NCBI GenBank assembly: GCA_024635605.1
Contig: JAGXIR010000194.1
Span: forward strand, 1 to 55,303
Direction: 5' to 3'
Length of the DNA: 55,303 nt
Source: Sunxiuqinia sp.
Lineage (GTDB): Bacteria; Bacteroidota; Bacteroidia; Bacteroidales; Prolixibacteraceae
In this document: positions 48,986 to 55,303 of the stretch, piece by piece
How the letters are laid out: every line of letters begins with the position of its first letter
How positions within the stretch are numbered: the first letter of the stretch is position 1
Made by a program: the position numbers and the translations under genes
Notes under the pieces: generated by a model
The model's input: the letters and a program-made list of their open reading frames with translations, nothing else
Database searches by the model: none
What the model was told of the DNA's origin: nothing

Positions 48986-49312
48986 ATGACCAAGGTTAAT
49001 TTATTTGAAAAAGAATTGCAGGAAACGGCAGCGATTTTCAAGGCACTTTCGCATCCGGCCCGTTTGGCAATTTTAAAATACCTGGCTGAAACCAAAGTTT
49101 GTATCTCAGGCGACATTTCGGATGAACTTCCGCTGAGCCGGACAACGGTTCACCAGCATTTAAAGGAACTAAAGAAACTAAATCTCATCCAGGGAGAGAT
49201 TCAAGGCGCTAAGACCAATTATTGCCTTAACTCAGATACACTCCTGAAGGTGAAAGAAAGTTTGAATGGTTTTCTGACAGAAATTGATTGTTGTACCAAT
49301 TCGAAATGCTAA
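48986..49312 (+). CDS. arsR: ArsR/SmtB transcriptional repressor (second module)
   Basis: KALSHPAR, TTVHQHLKELK and C-terminal DCCTNSKC. Start placed at MTKVN. Confidence 0.88.
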   Translation: MTKVNLFEKELQETAAIFKALSHPARLAILKYLAETKVCISGDISDELPLSRTTVHQHLKELKKLNLIQGEIQGAKTNYCLNSDTLLKVKESLNGFLTEIDCCTNSKC

Positions 49313-49423
49313 ACAGATGAAACAAGCTTTAAGAGTCCTTACACAAAGAGGATCATGATATGCAAACTCCATCGAATACCATAAAAAATCACATGATCGT
49401 CCGTTTACATACCTATTTGTTTT

Positions 49424-49516
49424 GTCATAGCTGTCAATTATGGTCATTTTATTGTCATTGATTGTTTCAAAACAACTGAATGACTACCTAATGACAACTG
49501 AATGACTTTTAAAGAC
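49424..49516. repeat. Phased GTCA/TGAC inverted-repeat array
   Basis: GTCA at 49424, 49433, 49443 and 49454; TGAC at 49481, 49492 and 49503; ACAACTGAATGACT repeated at 49472 and 49494. Confidence 0.55.
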
Positions 49517-49562
49517 ATGAGGTAATCTTGCGGATATTCACAAAATCAAAAAATTCAAGAAC

Positions 49563-49985
49563 ATGAAAGTATTAATTCTTTGCACCGGAAACAGTTGCCG
49601 TAGCCAAATGGCACACGGCTTTTTACAGTCGTTCGACTCCAGTATTACCGTTTGTTCAGCGGGCACCGAAGCCTCAGGAAAACTAAACCAGAAAGCCGTT
49701 GCTGCCATGAAAGAGATTGGCATCGACATCAGTCACCACACATCCGATTCGGTTGAAAAATACCTGGCTGAGGAGTGGGACTATGTAATTACCGTATGCG
49801 GTGGCGCCAACGACGCCTGCCCTGCCTTTATGGGCAAAGTAAAGCACCGCCTGCACATCGGTTTTGACGATCCATCGCATGCCGTTGGAACTGAAGAATT
49901 TATCTGGAGCGAATTCATCCGCGTTCGTGACGAAATTAGAGCCGGATTCTGGAAATTTTATGAGAAAGATTTGAAAATTGAATAA
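49563..49985 (+). CDS. arsC: Thioredoxin-dependent arsenate reductase (LMW-PTP fold)
   Basis: CTGNSCRSQMA, ITVC.....ACP and FDDP. Confidence 0.93.
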   Translation: MKVLILCTGNSCRSQMAHGFLQSFDSSITVCSAGTEASGKLNQKAVAAMKEIGIDISHHTSDSVEKYLAEEWDYVITVCGGANDACPAFMGKVKHRLHIGFDDPSHAVGTEEFIWSEFIRVRDEIRAGFWKFYEKDLKIE

Positions 49986-49995
49986 TTTGAAGGTC

Positions 49996-50802
49996 ATGAG
50001 AAATGATAATTTAAAAGGAATTGTCAAAGAAAAGTATGGTTCAATTGCCAGTCAAAGCAGCCTTTTGGAACAACGACAGGGATGTTGCGGCCTGTCGGGT
50101 TCTTGTGGCGAACTTGAATTTTCCATGATTGGCGACGAATACACCGATGTGGCAGGCTATAATCCGGATGCCGATCTGGGCCTGGGTTGTGGTTTGCCAA
50201 CCGAGTTTGCAGGAATTGAAAAGGGAAATCAGGTGCTGGACCTGGGTTCGGGAGCGGGTAACGACTGCTTTGTGGCTCGCAGCCTGACCGGCCCGGAAGG
50301 AAAAGTGACCGGTATCGATTTCACCGATGAAATGGTGCAAAAAGCCCGGCAGAATTTGGCGAAAACCGGATTTCAAAACATGGAGTTTATCCAGGGAGAT
50401 ATTGAAAATATGCCCCTCCCGGACAACAGCTACGATGTGGTCATCAGCAATTGTGTGCTGAACCTGGTGCCGGATAAGCCGAAAGCCTTTGGTGAAATTT
50501 ACCGGGTATTGAAGCCCGGCAGACATTTTTGCATTTCGGATGTGGTGATCACCGGCACGCTGCCAGCTAAGCTGCAGGAAGCAGCCGAACTATATGCCGG
50601 CTGTGTGGCTGGTGCCTTGCCCATCGACGAGTATTTGAACATCATTCGCGAGCAAGGCTTTTCGGAGCCCGAAATCAAAAAGCAACGAAAAATAGCGGTT
50701 CCGGAGCAGGTGCTCCTGCAATACCTGAGTGAACAGGAGCTGGCAGATTATCAAGCCAACGGTGCCGGAATTTACAGTATCACCGTTAACGCATCAAAAT
50801 AG
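49996..50802 (+). CDS. arsM: Arsenite S-adenosylmethionine methyltransferase
   Basis: N-terminal GCCG, LGLGCG, LDLGSGAGND, SNCVLNL and YAGCVAGA. Confidence 0.92.
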   Translation: MRNDNLKGIVKEKYGSIASQSSLLEQRQGCCGLSGSCGELEFSMIGDEYTDVAGYNPDADLGLGCGLPTEFAGIEKGNQVLDLGSGAGNDCFVARSLTGPEGKVTGIDFTDEMVQKARQNLAKTGFQNMEFIQGDIENMPLPDNSYDVVISNCVLNLVPDKPKAFGEIYRVLKPGRHFCISDVVITGTLPAKLQEAAELYAGCVAGALPIDEYLNIIREQGFSEPEIKKQRKIAVPEQVLLQYLSEQELADYQANGAGIYSITVNASK

Positions 50803-50832
50803 AACAAAACACCCCACATAACAACAATCATC

Positions 50833-51864
50833 ATGACGCATGAGAAAAAACAAATTGGATTCTTCGAAAAATACCTTACCCTGTGGGTGGCTTTATGCAT
50901 CGGAGCAGGAATTCTCATCGGCAATTTTGCAGGCGAAAGTGTAAGCATTTTAAGCAGCTGGGAAGTCTTTAAAGTCAATATACCCGTAGCCATTTTGGTT
51001 TGGCTCATGATTTACCCCATGATGTTGCAGGTGGACTTTTCAAGCATCAAAACTGTTGGCAAACGCCCAAAAGGACTGATCTTGACGCTGGTCATCAATT
51101 GGCTGATTAAGCCCTTTACGATGGCTTTTTTCGCCTGGATCTTCTTTACCAAAATTTACGCGGCCTGGATCAGCCCCGAAATGGCTGGCGAATACATAGC
51201 CGGGGCCATTCTGCTCGGAGCCGCGCCTTGTACAGCCATGGTTTTTGTGTGGAGCTACCTCACCGATGGCGACCCCAACTACACGCTGGTACAGGTGTCG
51301 GTCAACGACCTGATTATCCTGGTGGCCTTTGTGCCGCTTGTGGGTTTGCTGCTGGGCATCACCAACGTGCAGGTTCCGTACGATACGCTGGTGGCTAGCG
51401 TACTGATTTTTGTGGTGGTTCCGCTGCTGGCCGGCTACCTCACACACAAAATATTAATTGATCGCAAAGGTGAACCCTGGTTCAAGGAAAGCTTTTTGCC
51501 CCGGTTTAAACCCGTTTCTATCTTGGCCTTGTTGCTCACCTTGATTTTGCTGTTTGCCTTTCAGGGAAATACGATTACCGAAAACCCGCTGATTATTCTG
51601 CTGGTGGCCATTCCGCTGATCATTCAAACTTATTTCATCTTTTTTGTGGCCTGGTTTGGCGGACGAAAATTGAAACTTCCGCACGCCATTTGCTCCCCGG
51701 CAGCCATGATTGGCGCCAGCAACTTTTTCGAACTGGCCGTAGCGGTTGCCATTGCACTGTTTGGCTTGCAATCACCTGCTGCCCTGGTCACGGTTGTGGG
51801 TGTTTTGGTTGAAGTTCCAGTTATGCTTTCGCTGGTGGCGCTGGCCAACAAGTGGAAATACTAA
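50833..51864 (+). CDS. acr3: ACR3-family arsenite efflux transporter
   Basis: [32 protein letters not shown] and VEVP. Confidence 0.95.
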   Translation: MTHEKKQIGFFEKYLTLWVALCIGAGILIGNFAGESVSILSSWEVFKVNIPVAILVWLMIYPMMLQVDFSSIKTVGKRPKGLILTLVINWLIKPFTMAFFAWIFFTKIYAAWISPEMAGEYIAGAILLGAAPCTAMVFVWSYLTDGDPNYTLVQVSVNDLIILVAFVPLVGLLLGITNVQVPYDTLVASVLIFVVVPLLAGYLTHKILIDRKGEPWFKESFLPRFKPVSILALLLTLILLFAFQGNTITENPLIILLVAIPLIIQTYFIFFVAWFGGRKLKLPHAICSPAAMIGASNFFELAVAVAIALFGLQSPAALVTVVGVLVEVPVMLSLVALANKWKY

Positions 51865-51904
51865 ACTTTGCTACCAGCCTCTTGTTTCAATACCAAAAAA
51901 TACG

Positions 51905-52501
51905 ATGATGAGTGAATTTTGGAACGAACGATTTGCTGCCGAAGAATATGTTTACGGCACCGAACCCAATGAATTTTTCAGGCAGGAGTTGAACAAGCTG
52001 ATGCCCGGTAAAATTTTATTGCCCGGCGAGGGTGAAGGACGCAACGCCGTATTTGCAGCCCGCAACAACTGGCAGGTCACGGCTTTCGATACCAGTACCG
52101 AAGGTAAGAAAAAAGCGGAGCAGCTGGCTGATTCCAGCCAGGTAGAGATCGACTACCGGATTGAATCTTATGACAGCATTGATCTGGAAACAGAAGCTTT
52201 CGACTGCCTGACACTTATCTTTGCCCACATGCCTCCGAATAGCCGGCCGGCTTACCACCAAAAGTTAAGCGCTTACCTGAAAACCGGTGGCACCCTAATT
52301 TTGGAAGGTTTTTCCAAAGCACAAATCCACAACAACACCGGGGGACCAAAAAATGTGGATATGCTCTTCTCCAAAGAAGAGCTACAAGCCGATTTTTCTG
52401 TTTTTTCAAGTTTGAGAATCAGCGAAACCGAAGTGGAGCTCGACGAAGGGCCATTTCATAAAGGAAAAGCGAACGTCATCCGGCTGGTGGCGGTCAAATA
52501 A
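51905..52501 (+). CDS. Class I SAM-dependent methyltransferase (TehB/TPMT-like)
   Basis: FWNERF..EEYVYGTEPN, GEGEGRNAVF and TGGP. Start placed at MMSEFW. Confidence 0.85.
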   Translation: MMSEFWNERFAAEEYVYGTEPNEFFRQELNKLMPGKILLPGEGEGRNAVFAARNNWQVTAFDTSTEGKKKAEQLADSSQVEIDYRIESYDSIDLETEAFDCLTLIFAHMPPNSRPAYHQKLSAYLKTGGTLILEGFSKAQIHNNTGGPKNVDMLFSKEELQADFSVFSSLRISETEVELDEGPFHKGKANVIRLVAVK

Positions 52502-52601
52502 GGATTGCTTCAAAGCGGAAGAAATTCGGCAGGTGTTTTTTGATGGAGAAGACATTCAGAATATTTTTTCAATGCAATGCTCTGGAGTATTGTCGTTGCA
52601 A

Positions 52602-52668
52602 ACAGCCAGCCCCGATTGCATCGGGGCTGGCTGTGAACCCCTCGTCACCGCTAACGCTCAGACGAGGG
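52602..52668. repeat. GC-rich double hairpin (REP-like or structured RNA)
   Basis: ACAGCCAGCCCCGAT-TGC-ATCGGGGCTGGCTGT, then CCCTCGTC...GACGAGGG. Confidence 0.65.
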
Positions 52669-52822
52669 ATAGGTGGGGTGCCGGTCATGCTTTCCCTGCC
52701 GGCGGGCGCCCTGAATCGTGGAAATTCAATCCGCTTCCCCGAAAATTGAAAATAGAGTGGTTAAAATTATTATATATTTAATGTCACGATTCTATTCAAC
52801 TCAACCTAAAAGTGCTGGAATT

Positions 52823-54397
52823 ATGCAAATCAAAAGAAAATTATCTCTTACATTAAAAACCCTCTGCTTTATTGTTGCAGTAATTTCTGTTTCTGCCAAT
52901 AAAAAAGGAACTGCACAAACATTGGCTCCCGATAGATTATACCAACGAATGGCCAATAATCCTGCTTTTAAAAAGTTTACCGGTGAAAATTTCTGCTGGC
53001 AAGCCGCTTATGGGATGAATCGGTATGTAAATAATTATGAGCTAACAAAAAACACTGAATGGCTGGATGCCGGAGTGAAGTATTATGATTTTCTTATTGG
53101 CAAAATGATGACTGACCCGGATGGCTATAAAGGATGGATCGGAAAATATACCTACGATTCAAGGTATTTTCAGGATGCGCTGGTTGGCGATGCAATTCTT
53201 ATGGCCGGAATTCTCGATTTTTGTGTGTTGGTTCTGGAAGATAATAATCTGAAAGCAAAATATGGGGACAAGGCAAATTCATATGTTAAAACAGCCCGAA
53301 AAGATTTTATTGAAAAGTGGGATTACAGGGAATGCTGGATTGATGACGACCCTTATGGTAGCTATATTGGCTTTAATAAATATTTGAAGGAAGATAATCT
53401 TACGGAGTGGATCACCGACCCGAAAGTAAGCCGGTCGGGCGTTAGCCACCCCTTTAACAAGCAAATGGATGTTGCCGAAGTATGCTTGCAGCTGCACCGA
53501 ATAACCGGTGAACTGTTTTATTGGGACAGGGCCGAAAAAATATATTTTACGACCAAAAGTCACTTCCAGTATTTCGATAATCATTACTGCTGGAATTATT
53601 ATGAACCACTTTATCCGGGAGATATCGATATGGAAAAACGCGATACCCGTCACGGCGTATGGGTTCATCCCTGGCGTTCCGGTTATCAGGCCGGCGAGGT
53701 AAGTCAAATTGTAAATGCATATCATCATGGAATTGTTTTTGACTCAGTGGACATGCAAAGAATTATTAATACCAACCTGGATGTAATGTGGAATAAGGAT
53801 AGCGTTCATCCTAAATTTATTAATTCCAATGGACTGGGAGCTGATGGTGACACTACAGGCCTAGCTAATTTCAAAAGAACTTACGGTCATTCAAATGCAG
53901 TTAAAAATGGAGGTGAATTGTGGACCGGACTTCTGGATTTTGATCAGACCATACGTGACCTTTATGAATTAAGGTTTAACGGAGATACTGCGTCGCCCGC
54001 ATATCTCAGCTATAAAAAGAGTGTGCTTGTTAATCCCCCTGGCTTTAACAGAAAATATGTAAATGGTAAAGTTACAGTTCCAATTGTTGGCTTCACTGAA
54101 TGCAGAGATCTTTATCTTGCTACCGTTCTTCCACATAAAATACCAAAGGATGGAGCGTCTGTAATTATTTGTAAATCGTGGGATGCCGGAGACATTTCAA
54201 TAGACCTGTATGCTACAAGTGGCATAAAACTTACCAACTTGTACAAAGGGGAAATTGGGAGGGGCAAGAATTTAATCGTTACCTGGGACGGAAAAGATCC
54301 GGCTAAAAAAGCAGCTTTCAACGGAGAGTATAAAATCCGCTGGACAACAGAAGGAGGCTATCGCGAATTCCCGATTGAAATCGGAAATTCGCTTTAA
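52823..54397 (+). CDS. Exported protein with a helical (alpha/alpha-barrel-like) body and a C-terminal FlgD-like Ig domain
   Basis: Signal peptide from MQIKRK; repeated aromatic-rich helical hairpins (EWLDAGVKYYD, FYWDRAEKIY); C-terminal TWDGKD...GEYKIR. The start is uncertain (52781 or 52823). Confidence 0.6.
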   Translation: MQIKRKLSLTLKTLCFIVAVISVSANKKGTAQTLAPDRLYQRMANNPAFKKFTGENFCWQAAYGMNRYVNNYELTKNTEWLDAGVKYYDFLIGKMMTDPDGYKGWIGKYTYDSRYFQDALVGDAILMAGILDFCVLVLEDNNLKAKYGDKANSYVKTARKDFIEKWDYRECWIDDDPYGSYIGFNKYLKEDNLTEWITDPKVSRSGVSHPFNKQMDVAEVCLQLHRITGELFYWDRAEKIYFTTKSHFQYFDNHYCWNYYEPLYPGDIDMEKRDTRHGVWVHPWRSGYQAGEVSQIVNAYHHGIVFDSVDMQRIINTNLDVMWNKDSVHPKFINSNGLGADGDTTGLANFKRTYGHSNAVKNGGELWTGLLDFDQTIRDLYELRFNGDTASPAYLSYKKSVLVNPPGFNRKYVNGKVTVPIVGFTECRDLYLATVLPHKIPKDGASVIICKSWDAGDISIDLYATSGIKLTNLYKGEIGRGKNLIVTWDGKDPAKKAAFNGEYKIRWTTEGGYREFPIEIGNSL

Positions 54398-54642
54398 ATA
54401 TTAAAACTGCTGCTGCTGCTGTGCGATTGGATCGCGTAGTACAACTATTTACAAGGGATCACATTTCCCAACCGAACTACTCTCCTCAAATTCAAATGAA
54501 AAGCAGCTATAAGCTATTGCTTGTGCTTGTTTTTTGTTTTTTTATCCCACCACGCAAAAGGATTCGGGCGGGAACGGAGGTTATTATAAAATGCTTTTCA
54601 ATACAATAGCTCTGTGTATTGTCGTTTGTGCCGTCGTGCATT

Positions 54643-55303
54643 TTATCTAATGCTATTTATATATTTTTCTAACATTGTATACCCATCCGAAGCAATTGTA
54701 TTCCTGTCATAAGGATTATTTTTATCCAATTTATTTTTGTGCTCCCACTCATCTGGCATACCGTCATGGTCTGTATCTTTTGGTGCAAGTTGACTTTTAA
54801 GTACTGGCCAGCCTCCCACATCATCTTGCGTGTCAATTATGCCGCATATTTTTGTGGTATCAGCAACCTGATATTCTTTTTTATAACTTTTACCTTCGTA
54901 GGTAGCAAAACTTCTTTTATAATTCTTTCATCTACGATATCCCTTTTTGGCAATCGTGCCCCGGCATTGTCAAGCACCATTTGGTAGGCTTCTTCTGCTG
55001 TGTGCTGATTAATGGGCATTGCCGGCCATGGTTTTACCATCCTGATTTTATCAAAGGAAAGCTCTGTTTGTACCCCGCCATTCCAATTATCTTCTGTAAC
55101 TTCTTTATTGTCCTCAACAGTATTTCCTGCTATATGCCATTGTCCATAGTCAAATTCACTTCTAGATGAGGGATTTGCAATTCTGTACATTACCTCTCCA
55201 GGTTTTGTTGCAGGACCTGGTTTGTAATAGTTGGCAACAACATTGAAGTTTGAAAAATTGAATTTATCATTTCCTTTTTGATACTTTTCTCCACCATATA
55301 AGC
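54643..55303 (-). pseudogene. 3' part of a pectate-lyase (PL1-like) gene with a frameshift near 54910; the 5' part lies outside the window
   Basis: One frame reads YGGE...NYYKPGPAT...RDIVDERIIKEV. Another frame continues FATYEGKSY...GIIDTQDDVGGWP...DTDHDGMPDEWE...GYTMLEKYINSIR* with the stop at 54643. Confidence 0.8.

Overview
This is a 55.3 kb chromosomal window from a Bacteroidota bacterium, probably Marinilabiliales/Prolixibacteraceae-like. That placement is inferred from TAnnTTTG promoters, a T9SS C-terminal domain, the gyrA/clpC/TPR arrangement and a Bacteroidota HU-like gene. The left half (1-27.5 kb) is mostly housekeeping: metallophosphoesterase, an XRE HTH gene behind a long AT-rich region, pyrK-pyrD, a serine hydrolase, 2-oxoacid dehydrogenase E2/E1 plus flavodoxin, mgsA, gyrA, clpC, MscS, a Cache-PP2C sensor, PfkB, fabG, FkbM, DUF4422, mnmE and a DEAD-only protein. 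The right half is accessory. (i) A minus-strand cluster at 31.7-39.6 kb (receiver protein, HEAT-repeat membrane protein, processive GT2 synthase, LtaS/sulfatase-fold transferase, TPR-YaiO outer-membrane barrel, conserved periplasmic protein), followed by a T9SS-secreted GDPD-LamG protein, looks like an uncharacterised synthase-dependent, phosphodiester-decorated exopolysaccharide system. It is my top candidate for a novel system. (ii) A recent duplication of a membrane-protein gene together with its promoter. (iii) A two-module arsenic island (arsR-E-F-G-P-proC-like; arsR-C-M-acr3-MTase) with two related but distinct operator palindromes. (iv) An AT-rich segment with a secreted protein and a frameshifted pectate-lyase-like gene at the right edge. 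I recognised no rRNA, tRNA, CRISPR array or transposase. All calls come from reading motifs by eye, with no database searches.
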